From NCBI GenBank assembly GCA_020060565.1, contig JAGVAE010000002.1:307270-371269 (forward strand): a DNA stretch of 64,000 nt. The letters run 5' to 3'. Both the position numbers and the translations under genes were made by a program. Position 1 is the stretch's first letter, and the number at the start of each line of letters is the position of its first letter. Of this stretch, positions 36,696 through 47,194 are shown piece by piece. This DNA comes from Candidatus Woesebacteria bacterium (GTDB lineage Bacteria; Patescibacteriota; Microgenomatia; UBA8517). The notes below the pieces were generated by a model. That model was not told the origin of the DNA and did not search any database. It worked only from the letters and a program-made list of their open reading frames with translations.

Positions 36696-38361
36696 TATTT
36701 ACTACATACTTGTGATTCTTTTGACTATTCCTGCCGTTTTTGCACTTTTTCATAATGGTTTTTATGGGGCATCAGATGATTTGCATATAGCTTGGCTTTT
36801 TGAGATGGATAAACTCTTTAAAATTGGACAGATTCCACCAAGGTTTGTGCCAGATCTGAGTTTTGGTTTTGGCTACCCTCTTTTTAATTTTGTATTTCCT
36901 TTCCCTTTCTATCTTGGGGAATTATTCCATACCATTGGCCTAAGTTTAGTAGATAGTGTGAAGGTGGTCTTTGGAATTTCTTTGGTTTTCTCGGGTTTGA
37001 TAATGTTTTTGTTTCTCAAGAATATAATCTCATCTTTACCCTTAAGTCTTTTAGGATCTTTAATCTATGTTTATGCTCCTTATAGATCAACAGATGTTTA
37101 TATAAGAGGAGCATTTGGCGAAGCTTTGTCTTTTGTTTTTTTACCCCTTCTTTTATATGGAATAATTAAGATTTTCAAGAATGTTAACAAAACAAATAGA
37201 GTTGATTGGAGAAATGCTGCCATCTCTGCTTTTGGACTGGGGATTTTGATACTTACTCACGACATAGTTTCATATATGTTTTTCCCTTTTTTCTTACTTC
37301 TTATACTTATGTTTTTTATCATTACAAACAGTTCGTCTCGCATTAGCTTTGTAATTAGTAGTGGAATTGGTATTGTGGGGGGGCTTCTTCTAAGTATTTA
37401 TTTCTGGTTTCCTGCAATCACTCAAAGCGGTCTTATGGCATTTAGTACTGTTTTTGATTTCAAAGATCACTATCCAACCATTAAGCAATTAATTACACCC
37501 TTCTTTGGTTATGGAGCTTCAGTCGCGGGGCCGCATGATGGTATGTCGTTTTTCTTGGGGGTGGGTAATATTGCTGCGATGGTTATTGGCTCAATAGTCG
37601 CTCTTTTCACTTGGAAAAAAATAGAGATCTTTCAAAAAATTGTAATTATTTGGGCGGTGATATCTTTTCTTTTGGCATTTTTCATGATGAATTATCGATC
37701 AACTTTTCTTTGGAACATTTTGCCCTTTTTGCCATATTTCCAATTTCCTTGGAGATTCTTAACCTTAACAACACTGGTGAGCTCTCTTTTTGTTATACCA
37801 ATCAGTATTATCAATAAAAAATATCTGATAGGAGCCCTGGTTACAGTTGGCTCTGTTTCATTAATTATTTTTAATCTGAATATTTTTAAGCCTCACGATT
37901 TTCTGGAAAGGCAAGACGAGTATTACTTAAATAGATATATTCCAATTCCTACAGCTAGTGACTCATATTTAGAAACACAAGAAGAATATCTAAGACTTCC
38001 CAAAAATACATTGGTAAGACCAGATAAAAACTACCCCCCACTTACTTCCGAAGCGAATTTTAATTACTCAGTTATTGAAACGAATGGAATTTATCTGAAA
38101 GCTAATGTGAGTGTTGGTAGTGGTAGTCAAGTTTCGTATAATAAGTATTACTTTCCTGGATGGAAAGCGTATGTTGATGGAAAAGAGGTAGAAATTAATA
38201 TTGGAAAACCTTTTGGACAAATATCAATAAATATTCCAAAAGGGGAGAGTATCGTTGAATTTGATTATAAAGAAACAACTCTTAATTTATTTCTAGATGG
38301 AATTTCCCTACTAACCTTAATAGCTTTGACGATGTTTCTTGTTAAGAAAAAGATCAGATGA
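36673..38361 (+). CDS. GT-C-type membrane protein (PTPS-related/YfhO-like family)
   Basis: SDD.H, GQ.PPRFVPDL.FG.GYPLFNF, YIRGA..E, QFPWRFL, YFPGWKA.VDG. Confidence 0.75.
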   Translation: MLKFLKNNIYYILVILLTIPAVFALFHNGFYGASDDLHIAWLFEMDKLFKIGQIPPRFVPDLSFGFGYPLFNFVFPFPFYLGELFHTIGLSLVDSVKVVFGISLVFSGLIMFLFLKNIISSLPLSLLGSLIYVYAPYRSTDVYIRGAFGEALSFVFLPLLLYGIIKIFKNVNKTNRVDWRNAAISAFGLGILILTHDIVSYMFFPFFLLLILMFFIITNSSSRISFVISSGIGIVGGLLLSIYFWFPAITQSGLMAFSTVFDFKDHYPTIKQLITPFFGYGASVAGPHDGMSFFLGVGNIAAMVIGSIVALFTWKKIEIFQKIVIIWAVISFLLAFFMMNYRSTFLWNILPFLPYFQFPWRFLTLTTLVSSLFVIPISIINKKYLIGALVTVGSVSLIIFNLNIFKPHDFLERQDEYYLNRYIPIPTASDSYLETQEEYLRLPKNTLVRPDKNYPPLTSEANFNYSVIETNGIYLKANVSVGSGSQVSYNKYYFPGWKAYVDGKEVEINIGKPFGQISINIPKGESIVEFDYKETTLNLFLDGISLLTLIALTMFLVKKKIR

Positions 38362-40076
38362 AAAAAAATATAAAAAAAATAATAATACCTTTGTTGGTAG
38401 TTGTAGTTGGAGTCCTTGCGTCATTAACTCTTTTCAAACACAATTTTTATTTTAATATGCATGACGATCTTCAAATGATGCGTCAGCTGCAGCTGGAGAA
38501 ATGTTTTGCCGACGGACAAATACCGTGTCGCTGGGTACCTGATATGGGGTACGGTCATGGTTTTCCTCTTTTTAATTACTATCCGCAATTGCCCTATCTT
38601 TTCGGTCAAGTGTTCAGGCTTTTTGGCTTTGTTTTTAATGATGTGGCTAAGTTGACTTTTGCTTTGGGGATAATTGCGTCGGGAGTTGGCATGTATTTAA
38701 TGTCTAAGGAGTTTTTTGGAAAACTTGGTGGAATTTTGTCTGCGATTTTATATATTTGGGCACCATATCATTCTCTTGATATCTATGTACGAGGTGCAAT
38801 GAATGAATCCTGGGCTTTTGTTTGGTTTCCAATAATTCTTTGGGGGATATATAAGCTTGTTAAAGAGGGAAAAAATAAATACTTTATCATTCTTTCTCTT
38901 GCCATCTCCGCTCTTCTTTTGACTCACAACATTATGGTTATGATTTTTGTTCCCGTTGCAGCTCTTTGGACAATTGGATGGTTGGTGGCAGAAAAGAATT
39001 GGAAAATTATTATAAAACTTGGACTATCTGGGATCTTAAGCTTAGGCCTTTCTGCATTTTTCACCTTACCTGCAATTTTTGAACAAAAATATGTTCATAT
39101 AGATACGCTTGTAACGGGTTATTTCCAATATCATGCTCATTTTGCAACTATTTATCAACTTTTTATTTCCAGATTTTGGGGAGACGGACCTTCAGCCTTT
39201 GGGGTAAATGATGGTTTGGCGTTTCCTGTAGGACACGTGCATTGGATACTTGCAATTATAGTTACCATTCTTTTAGTAGTAAAAATCATCAAAACAAAAA
39301 AAATTATTAATTTTGATCTAATAGCTTTGTTTGCAATTTTAGTAGGGACAATGGGTGCATTTATGAGTCATCAAAGATCATTTTTTATATGGGAGAATTT
39401 ACCTGTTTTAGAATTTGTTCAGTTTCCATGGAGATTTTTGACCTTGAATGTATTGGGATATTCGATTGCAGGAGGAGCCTTGGTTTATTTGGTTAAGGAA
39501 ATTGGGTGGCTGAAAAAATCCATTTGGCAATATCTTTTGGTGGCGGCTATATCGCTTTTGGTAATAATAATTAATTGGAATTTCTTTAAACCTATTCACT
39601 CAGGACCCATGAGCGATGAGGAAAAATTCAGTGGTGAGGCTTGGAGAATTCAAACTCAGGCAGGTATTTTGGATTATTTACCAATTCAGGCTAAAGACGA
39701 CCCTCCATCGGCAAGAAATAGTCTGGTGGATGTTGTTGATGGGAAGGTCGAAGTTTCAAATGAGTCATATGGAACAGATTGGGCAAAGTTTGATTTAGAG
39801 ATTCAAAGCACAGAGGCAAAAATCAGAGTAAACATCTTTAATTATCCAATATGGAAAGCGTATGTTGATGGGGTAGAAACTAAAATATATGTGGATGACA
39901 ATGAGGAATGGGGCAGGATATATATTGATGTTTCCAGTGGAAATCGTGAAGTCTATTTAAAACTTAATAATACATCTCTTCGTAATGTAGCTAATGGAAT
40001 ATCGGTAGTTGCTTGGTTGGTTCTTATATCTTATTTTTTTTGGGGAAAGAAAATAATGAATGGTAGATTGACCTAA
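38358..40076 (+). CDS. GT-C-type membrane protein (PTPS-related/YfhO-like family)
   Basis: MHDD, GQIPCRWVPDMGYG.G.PLFNYY, YVRGA.NE, QFPWRFL. Confidence 0.75.
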   Translation: MKKNIKKIIIPLLVVVVGVLASLTLFKHNFYFNMHDDLQMMRQLQLEKCFADGQIPCRWVPDMGYGHGFPLFNYYPQLPYLFGQVFRLFGFVFNDVAKLTFALGIIASGVGMYLMSKEFFGKLGGILSAILYIWAPYHSLDIYVRGAMNESWAFVWFPIILWGIYKLVKEGKNKYFIILSLAISALLLTHNIMVMIFVPVAALWTIGWLVAEKNWKIIIKLGLSGILSLGLSAFFTLPAIFEQKYVHIDTLVTGYFQYHAHFATIYQLFISRFWGDGPSAFGVNDGLAFPVGHVHWILAIIVTILLVVKIIKTKKIINFDLIALFAILVGTMGAFMSHQRSFFIWENLPVLEFVQFPWRFLTLNVLGYSIAGGALVYLVKEIGWLKKSIWQYLLVAAISLLVIIINWNFFKPIHSGPMSDEEKFSGEAWRIQTQAGILDYLPIQAKDDPPSARNSLVDVVDGKVEVSNESYGTDWAKFDLEIQSTEAKIRVNIFNYPIWKAYVDGVETKIYVDDNEEWGRIYIDVSSGNREVYLKLNNTSLRNVANGISVVAWLVLISYFFWGKKIMNGRLT

Positions 40077-40085
40077 AAAAAGTAA

Positions 40086-40472
40086 ATGAAAATAATTGAG
40101 TTCGACCCGACTTATTTAAAAGACAATGGGCTTGTTGCGATTTATAATAAATCGGTTTTGTCGGGCAAAAACCTAGATTTTACTTTAGACGAAAGTGGTG
40201 TTATTGTTTTACCTCCAGATTCGGTTGGTGGCAATCATAAACATTTAAGAAGAGAGGCTTTTTATTCATTGGGAGATCTAAGGGTTTATTGGATAGATAA
40301 AAAAGGTAAAAAAATAAGTCAATCTATGGCTCCCATGAAGAATAAATATAAACTTTTCGTAGTCGAGCCTTACGAATCACATGTTATTAAAAATATATCT
40401 AATAAAGATCAGATTTTGGTAGAATATGCGTCTGTTCAGCAGTCTAATGTTGAACCTGTAAAAATTATATAG
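40086..40472 (+). CDS. Cupin-domain protein (sugar isomerase-like)
   Basis: GGNHKH..REAF and P...H.I.N cupin motifs. Confidence 0.7.
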   Translation: MKIIEFDPTYLKDNGLVAIYNKSVLSGKNLDFTLDESGVIVLPPDSVGGNHKHLRREAFYSLGDLRVYWIDKKGKKISQSMAPMKNKYKLFVVEPYESHVIKNISNKDQILVEYASVQQSNVEPVKII

Positions 40473-40478
40473 CTTCCG

Positions 40479-40487
40479 TGCTACAAT
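40479..40487 (+). promoter_or_regulatory. Extended -10 (TGCTACAAT) 6 nt before GTG
   Basis: tgctacaat-ttaagg-GTG(40494). Confidence 0.65.
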
Positions 40488-40493
40488 TTAAGG

Positions 40494-41987
40494 GTGAAAG
40501 ACGTAACTGAAGAGCACTTGGATCCGACCACTGAGATATCCATAGAGAATGTAAAGGAACGTTCTGTACGTGGTGTAGTGTTTCTTACTGGGAGGACTTT
40601 CCTACTTCAAATAATTAGTTTGGTTGCTCAACTTTTTTTGTTTGCCTACTTAGGTAAATACGAATTTGGGGTTTTTGCCATAGTTAGTGCTATTATTAAT
40701 TTCCTTGTTTATTTTTCAGATATTGGGTTGGCTGCAGCGTTAATTCAAAAAAAAGAAAAGCCAACAGATGCAGATTTAAAAACAACCTTTTTAGTTCAAC
40801 AGTTTTTAGTAATGACCATTATTGGAGTAGTTATTGCGCTAACTCCCTTTTTTAGTCAAAGGTATTCACTTAATACTGATGGACAGATACTCTTGTATGC
40901 ACTTGCAGGATCTCTTTTTCTTTCTTCTCTAAAAAGCATTCCATCCGTTCTTCTTGAAAGAAAACTGGAGTTTATAAAACTTGTCTTTCCACAGATTTTG
41001 GAGCAGGTTGTATATAACGTTATTTTGGTTATCTTGGCTATGAAAGGTTTTGGTCTTGCAAGTTTTACCTTTGCGGTTATTGCAAGGGGAGTAATTGGAG
41101 TAGTGGCAATTTATACTCTTCAGCCTTGGATTCCTGGATTCGCATTCTCAAGAAAAACTCTCTCGGGTTTATTTAAATTTGGAATTCCCTATCAGATAAA
41201 TACTTTTTTGGCTACTTTTAAGGATGATGGAATAACATTGATATTGGGTAGTATTCTGGGTCCTAGTGGAGTCGGTATTCTTTCCTTTGCTCAAAAAATA
41301 GCCAGACTTCCTTTAACATTTTTTATGGATACGGTTACACGTGTAACTTTTCCTGCATTTTCCCGTATGCAGGATGCAAAAGAGGATCTCAGGCGTAGTG
41401 TAACCAGATCAATATTCTTTATTTGTTTACTGGTTTTTCCTAGCTTGGTAGGGATATGTATTTTAGCTCCGATTTTGGTTAATGTGGTTCCAAGGTACAA
41501 TCAATGGGTTCCAGCCCTGGTTCCAATAGTATTTATTTCAATTAATTTTGTTTTTGCAGCAGCCACAACTCAACTTACCAATCTATTAAATGCTATTGGA
41601 AAAATTAAAATAACCTTTTACTTAATGATTATGTGGACAGCTCTAACATGGGCTTTTGTTCCTTTCTTAGCCCTTAAGTTTGGTGTGGTTGGAGCATCAA
41701 TCGGATATTCCTTAGTTGGAACGTCGTCTGTTATCGCCATTATTATTGCCAAAAGATACGTTGATTTTTCAATAACAGATTCGATAATGAAACCATTAAT
41801 AGGATCTGTGGTTATGGGAGCGGTGCTTCTTATAATGAGGAGATATTTGCCAGTTAGTATTGTATCAATGGAAATATTAGCAGTTTCAGGGTTGGTTATT
41901 TATATTGTTTCAATGGTTTCAATGGTTGGTCTAAGTCTAATAGAAGATGCTAAAAAAAGCTTTAAAACTATTTTCTCAAAGAATTAA
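40494..41987 (+). CDS. wzx: Wzx/MOP-family oligosaccharide flippase
   Basis: ~14 TM; FSDIGLAAALIQKK, LLERKL.F, RVTFPAFSR.Q. Confidence 0.85.
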   Translation: MKDVTEEHLDPTTEISIENVKERSVRGVVFLTGRTFLLQIISLVAQLFLFAYLGKYEFGVFAIVSAIINFLVYFSDIGLAAALIQKKEKPTDADLKTTFLVQQFLVMTIIGVVIALTPFFSQRYSLNTDGQILLYALAGSLFLSSLKSIPSVLLERKLEFIKLVFPQILEQVVYNVILVILAMKGFGLASFTFAVIARGVIGVVAIYTLQPWIPGFAFSRKTLSGLFKFGIPYQINTFLATFKDDGITLILGSILGPSGVGILSFAQKIARLPLTFFMDTVTRVTFPAFSRMQDAKEDLRRSVTRSIFFICLLVFPSLVGICILAPILVNVVPRYNQWVPALVPIVFISINFVFAAATTQLTNLLNAIGKIKITFYLMIMWTALTWAFVPFLALKFGVVGASIGYSLVGTSSVIAIIIAKRYVDFSITDSIMKPLIGSVVMGAVLLIMRRYLPVSIVSMEILAVSGLVIYIVSMVSMVGLSLIEDAKKSFKTIFSKN

Positions 41988-43605
41988 TCTAATAATTCTG
42001 ATTCTTCTGGGGTCTATCTCATGGTCTTGGACGATGGTTAAGAGTGGTTGGCAATATTCTTACGGTCTTGGTTTTTGGGGAGCAAATGGACACGATGGAG
42101 TTTGGCATATTGCGCTATCTGAAAGCTTAAGTAGGGGGCTACTAAATATGCCTGTTTTTGCTGGAGCATCTTTACAAAATTACCATATTGGCTTTGATTT
42201 GATTTTAGCTCTACTTCATAAAATTGCTTTTATCCCCACCTCTGTTTTGTATTTTCAGATTTTACCTCCCATATTTGCATTGTTAATAGGTCTATTAACT
42301 TATGTGTTTACACTGAGTTGGACGAAGTCCAGTCGAAGTGCATGGTGGTCTACCTTTTTTGTTTATTTTGGTGGCAGTTTTGGTTGGGTGATTGGAAAAG
42401 GGGAATCAGTATTTTGGTCGCAACAAGCCATTTCAACTCTTGTAAATCCCCCCCTTGCTCTTTCTTTAATATTTTTACTATTAGGTTTAATTCTTATTAA
42501 AAAACTTGATGAGAAATTTACTACAGTTAACTTTATTTTGAGCATATTGGTCTTTGGAACCCTAATTGAGATTAAAGCGTATGCAGGAATAATGGGTCTT
42601 GGGGCACTTTTTGTTTCATCTGTCTACTCTTTGTTTATTAGAAAGAATATAAATTTATTGAAAGTTTTTGTAGGCGCATTTCTTCTATCTTTAGTGTTAT
42701 ATCTGCCATTAAATAAGAATTCGACGGGTCTTTTGGTTTTATCTCCCTTTTGGTTTTTAGAAACAATGATGGGGACGAACGATAGAGTTGACTGGCAAAA
42801 GTTTTATTCAGCAATGATGACGTACAAATCAGGAGGAGTTTTTGTAAAAGGGATACTTGCTTACGGAGTAGCTTTTGTTGTTTTTATTCTGGGAAATTTT
42901 GGAACAAGAATTATATTTCTTTTTAGAAAAATTAAAATTGATAAAATAAACATTTTTATTTATTCAATAATTGGAGCCGGGGTAGCAATTCCAATGCTTT
43001 TTCTTCAAAAAGGAACTCCTTGGAATACAATACAATTTTTTTACTATTCCTTGTTCTTTTCTTCAATTTTAGCAGGAATTGTTTTATCCAAAGTAAAAAG
43101 TAAAATAATTATATTGGTTGTTGTTTTGGCAACAATCCCCACAACTTTTATTACTTTAAAAGATGTTTTCGTCCCATCTCGTCCTCCCGCAATGCTTCCA
43201 CTAGATGAGCTTGCCGCACTTTCATTTTTATCAAAACAACCTGACGGAGTCGTTTTGACTAAACCTTTTGATTTCAATCGCGCAAAAGCTGCTGAAAATA
43301 ACCCCCCCAGGCCACTATATTTATATACTTCAACCGCTTATGTATCTGCGTTTTCGAAACAACAAACATTCTTAGAGGACGAGATTAACATAGATATTAC
43401 TGGATATAGTTGGAAAACCCGAAAGGATCAAGTTTTGGAATGGTATGAAAGTAAAGATGTATCAATGAGATCTAATTTTCTTATCGACAATGACATAAAA
43501 TATATTTATTGGTTGAAAGAAGATGATACCATGTTTTATTTGAATAAATTATCACTTACTAATATTTTTGAGAACAATTTGGTTATTGTTTATAGAGTCG
43601 AATAA
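41947..43605 (+). CDS. GT-C-like polytopic membrane protein
   Basis: HDGVWH, P.FAG..L.NYH first loop; ~12 TM; soluble C-terminus. Confidence 0.65.
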   Translation: MLKKALKLFSQRINLIILILLGSISWSWTMVKSGWQYSYGLGFWGANGHDGVWHIALSESLSRGLLNMPVFAGASLQNYHIGFDLILALLHKIAFIPTSVLYFQILPPIFALLIGLLTYVFTLSWTKSSRSAWWSTFFVYFGGSFGWVIGKGESVFWSQQAISTLVNPPLALSLIFLLLGLILIKKLDEKFTTVNFILSILVFGTLIEIKAYAGIMGLGALFVSSVYSLFIRKNINLLKVFVGAFLLSLVLYLPLNKNSTGLLVLSPFWFLETMMGTNDRVDWQKFYSAMMTYKSGGVFVKGILAYGVAFVVFILGNFGTRIIFLFRKIKIDKINIFIYSIIGAGVAIPMLFLQKGTPWNTIQFFYYSLFFSSILAGIVLSKVKSKIIILVVVLATIPTTFITLKDVFVPSRPPAMLPLDELAALSFLSKQPDGVVLTKPFDFNRAKAAENNPPRPLYLYTSTAYVSAFSKQQTFLEDEINIDITGYSWKTRKDQVLEWYESKDVSMRSNFLIDNDIKYIYWLKEDDTMFYLNKLSLTNIFENNLVIVYRVE

Positions 43606-43617
43606 TTGATCAATTGG

Positions 43618-43626
43618 TGATACAAT
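43618..43626 (+). promoter_or_regulatory. Extended -10 (TGATACAAT) 6 nt before ATG
   Basis: tgatacaat-ttagcc-ATG(43633). Confidence 0.65.
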
Positions 43627-43632
43627 TTAGCC

Positions 43633-44532
43633 ATGGCATCAAAACTCTCAGTTGTTGTCAACACTTATAATGAAGCTAAGATTTTGCCGCAGGCTTTAAC
43701 CTCTGTCCGCGATTTGGTGGATGAGATAGTTATAATTGATATGGAGTCCTCTGATAATATTCATGAAATCGCTAAAAAGTTTGATGCTAAAGTTTTTTCC
43801 CATAAACACCTTGAATATGTTGAACCTGCAAGAAATTTTGGAACAAGTAAAGCTACGGGGGATTGGGTATTGGTTTTAGATCCTGATGAGGAAGTTTCGG
43901 ACACACTTGCCACAAAAATTAAAGAAATAATTAAAAATAACGAAGCTGATTATTGTAGAATCCCCAGAAAAAATATTATTTTTAACCACTGGATTGAGCA
44001 TGCTCACTGGTGGCCTGACTATAACATCAGGCTTTTTAGGAAAGGAGCGGTTTCGTGGAGTGAGGTAATTCATGCAGTACCTTTCACTCAAGGCAAGGGT
44101 ATTGATTTTGATGCAAAGGAAGACTTGGCAATAATACACCATCACTACGATTCGCTTGAGGGTTATGTGGAACGTATGAATAGATATACTTCAATTCAAG
44201 CTGACAGAAAAGTAAAAAGTGGATATAAATTTAGTTGGCGTGACATCTTAACAAAACCAACAAATGAATTTTTAAGTAGATATTTTGGAGATAAAGGCTA
44301 TAAAGATGGTATATACGGTTTAGCTCTATCACTTTTGCAGGGTTTTTCTGAACTTGTATTGTATTTAAAAATTTGGCAAGCAGATAAGTTTAAAGACGAG
44401 AAAGTTAGTTTAACTGAAATAATTAATGAAATGAGAGAAAAAGAACGTGATTTACATTACTGGCAGGGAGATTCAATGTATAAAGAATCGGGTGACATCA
44501 GAGACCGCGTTAGACGTAAGCTCCGTATTTAA
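43633..44532 (+). CDS. GT2 glycosyltransferase (beta-1,4-glucosyltransferase-like)
   Basis: NTYNE, DMESSD, LDPDE, PRKN, WPDY..RLF. Confidence 0.88.
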   Translation: MASKLSVVVNTYNEAKILPQALTSVRDLVDEIVIIDMESSDNIHEIAKKFDAKVFSHKHLEYVEPARNFGTSKATGDWVLVLDPDEEVSDTLATKIKEIIKNNEADYCRIPRKNIIFNHWIEHAHWWPDYNIRLFRKGAVSWSEVIHAVPFTQGKGIDFDAKEDLAIIHHHYDSLEGYVERMNRYTSIQADRKVKSGYKFSWRDILTKPTNEFLSRYFGDKGYKDGIYGLALSLLQGFSELVLYLKIWQADKFKDEKVSLTEIINEMREKERDLHYWQGDSMYKESGDIRDRVRRKLRI

Positions 44533-44533
44533 T

Positions 44534-45472
44534 ATGACCAAAAAAACTCCGAGTGTCTCAATAATAATTTTAACCACTAACGCGCTTGCCATGACCAAAG
44601 AACAGCTTTTGGATGTTGCCAAACTTGATGTTGATGGAATAAAGGCTGAATGTTTGGTTGTCGATAATGGAAGTGGAGATGGAACAGAAGATGCAATAAA
44701 GAACTACAAACTTCCCAATATGGAATATAAGTTTATTCAAAGTGGAGCCAATTTGGGGTTTGCGGGTGGAAATAATGTTGGAATAAAAGATGCGCTAAAA
44801 CGCGGCTTTGACTACATCCTTCTTATGAATAACGACCTTGTGTTGCCCAGGGATATTGTTACTAAATTGGTTGGATACATGGAAGAAGGTCCAGAAGTGG
44901 GAATAGCTTCACCTAAAATGTATTTTGCCAAAGGTTATGAATTCCACAAAGACAGGTATAAAGAGAGTGATAAAGGAAAAGTGTTTTGGTATGCTGGGGG
45001 AATCATAGACCGTGTTAATGTCTATACTTCCCATCGTGGTGTAGATGAAGTTGACCGAGGTCAATATGACAAAACTGAAGAAACAGATGTTGCCAATGGG
45101 GCGTGTGTAATAATTAGACGGGAAGTTTTTAAAAAGATTGGACTACTTGATCATTCATTTTTTTTGTATTGGGAAGATGCTGATTTTTCAGAACGAGCCA
45201 AACGCGCAGGTTATAAAATTATGTATTTCCCAGGAACTTGTATGTGGCACAAAGTTTCTGCTTCAACGGGCGGGTCTGGAAGCCCCACGAATGATTACTT
45301 TTTAACCAGAAATAGATTCTATTACTCCTTGCGATACTCTTCTTTGAGAACAAAATTTGCAGTTTTAAGAGATACTATTAGACTTATATTTATGGGACGT
45401 ACTTGGCAAAGATGGGGTGCTATCGATGCACTTTTAGGAAGAAAGGGGATGGGTCAATGGGCCAAAAGGTGA
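44534..45472 (+). CDS. GT2 glycosyltransferase (rhamnosyltransferase-like)
   Basis: VDNGS.D, NLGFAGGNN, MNND, FFLYWED.D; ATG 44534. Confidence 0.88.
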   Translation: MTKKTPSVSIIILTTNALAMTKEQLLDVAKLDVDGIKAECLVVDNGSGDGTEDAIKNYKLPNMEYKFIQSGANLGFAGGNNVGIKDALKRGFDYILLMNNDLVLPRDIVTKLVGYMEEGPEVGIASPKMYFAKGYEFHKDRYKESDKGKVFWYAGGIIDRVNVYTSHRGVDEVDRGQYDKTEETDVANGACVIIRREVFKKIGLLDHSFFLYWEDADFSERAKRAGYKIMYFPGTCMWHKVSASTGGSGSPTNDYFLTRNRFYYSLRYSSLRTKFAVLRDTIRLIFMGRTWQRWGAIDALLGRKGMGQWAKR

Positions 45473-46185
45473 CACTATCAGTAATAATTCTTCAAGGTGG
45501 CAATTATGACAAAGAGTTGTTTGTTAATTGCCTGGATTCTGTTTCTTTTGCAGATGAAATTATAAAAGTAGAAACTGACAATTTAAAAGGTTCTTTCTCA
45601 GACTTCAGAAATAGTGGAGCAAAGATGGCAAAAGGCGAATGGCTATTGTATGTAGATACTGATGAGATTGTTACATCTGAACTCAAAAAGGAAGTAGAAA
45701 AAACGATTCAGAACAATGATTTTTGCGCTTATGCAATTCCAAGACGCAATATTGTTTTGGGACGGGAAATGAAACACTGTGGACTATGGCCAGATTATGT
45801 TTTAAGACTCATTAAGAAAGACTGTTTAGTTAGCTGGGAGGGTAAGTTGCATGAACAACCCAAAATTAATGGCAAGACGGGATATTTAAAGGAACCATTG
45901 ATTCATAAGAAACATGATGATATTGCTGGGATGGTAGAAAAGACGAATAAATGGTCAGAGGTTGAAGGAAGGCTTATGTTCGAAGCTCATCATCCTCCAA
46001 TGAATTTTTTTAGATTTGTTTCTGCTGGACTTCGTGAGTTTTGGCAAAGAATGATTCTCCAAACGGCTTTTTTAGACGGAACGGAAGGAACCATTTATGG
46101 GCTTTATCAAGTTTATAGTAGACTAATCTCATACTCAAAACTTTGGGAGATGCAGATACAAAAAAATGAAGGCGGCAATATATAA
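45457..46185 (+). CDS. GT2 glycosyltransferase
   Basis: FSDFRN, YVDTDE, IPRRN, WPDYV.RL, LHE; ATG 45457. Confidence 0.85.
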   Translation: MGQKVTLSVIILQGGNYDKELFVNCLDSVSFADEIIKVETDNLKGSFSDFRNSGAKMAKGEWLLYVDTDEIVTSELKKEVEKTIQNNDFCAYAIPRRNIVLGREMKHCGLWPDYVLRLIKKDCLVSWEGKLHEQPKINGKTGYLKEPLIHKKHDDIAGMVEKTNKWSEVEGRLMFEAHHPPMNFFRFVSAGLREFWQRMILQTAFLDGTEGTIYGLYQVYSRLISYSKLWEMQIQKNEGGNI

Positions 46186-47194
46186 TCCATATTTAGATAC
46201 ATTAGGAGGAGGGGAACGCTATACACTTTCCTTTGTCAAGGCATTAATTGATAAAAGGTATCAGGTAGATATTGAGTGGAAATCCAAAGGAATCGTTAAA
46301 CTTCTTGAAGACCGTTTTGGAATGAACCTTGTGGGGGTCAATGTAGTTGAGAATGTAAACAGGGGAGACGGATATGATCTTTGTTTTTGGGTCAGTGATG
46401 GAAGTATTCCAGCTCTTCGTGCTAGAAAAAACCTTCTCCATTTTCAAATTCCACTCCATGATGTAAACGGAAAGTCCTTGATGAATAAAATGAAACTTTT
46501 TAGAGTAAGTAAAGTAATATGTAACTCCTTTTTTACAAAAAAAATTATCGATAGGGAGTATGGGGTAAACAGTGTTGTTATTTATCCTCCTATTGATACA
46601 AAATCGATAAAACCAAAAAGAAAAGAAAATATAATTTTGTATGTTGGAAGATTTTCCAAACTAACACAAAGTAAAAGGCAAGATGTTTTAGTTCATGCAT
46701 TCAAGAAACTTATTTCTGCAGGGGGTTTATCTGATTGGAAATTAATTTTAGTAGGAGGAATCGAGGTTGGGGTAGATAGTTATTTTGAAGAAATCAAAAA
46801 AATATCATCTGAGCTTCCAATTGAGATAATCACAAGCCCTGATTTTAAGACACTAAAAGAATTATATGGAAGAGCAAAACTATTTTGGTCTGCTTCGGGG
46901 TTTGGAGAGGACGAAGCCAAAAATCCTCAAAAAGTCGAGCATTTTGGTATGACCGTTGTTGAGGCAATGACTGCGGGTGTAGTACCTGTTGTATACAATG
47001 CGGGTGGACATAAAGAAATTATTAGAGATAGTAAAAATGGATTTTTATGGACAAAAGAAAACGACCTTATAAAAATTACCTCCAAAATCATTAAAGATAA
47101 GTCTCTATTAAGAAGGATTTCTGCAAATGCAAAAAGTGATTCAGAATTTTATTCAAAAGAAAAATTTGAAGAGGAAATATTTAAGTTGATATGA
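46166..47194 (+). CDS. GT4 glycosyltransferase
   Basis: GGGERY, NS.FT, YPP, VGRF, EHFGM..VEAM. Confidence 0.9.
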   Translation: MKAAIYNPYLDTLGGGERYTLSFVKALIDKRYQVDIEWKSKGIVKLLEDRFGMNLVGVNVVENVNRGDGYDLCFWVSDGSIPALRARKNLLHFQIPLHDVNGKSLMNKMKLFRVSKVICNSFFTKKIIDREYGVNSVVIYPPIDTKSIKPKRKENIILYVGRFSKLTQSKRQDVLVHAFKKLISAGGLSDWKLILVGGIEVGVDSYFEEIKKISSELPIEIITSPDFKTLKELYGRAKLFWSASGFGEDEAKNPQKVEHFGMTVVEAMTAGVVPVVYNAGGHKEIIRDSKNGFLWTKENDLIKITSKIIKDKSLLRRISANAKSDSEFYSKEKFEEEIFKLI

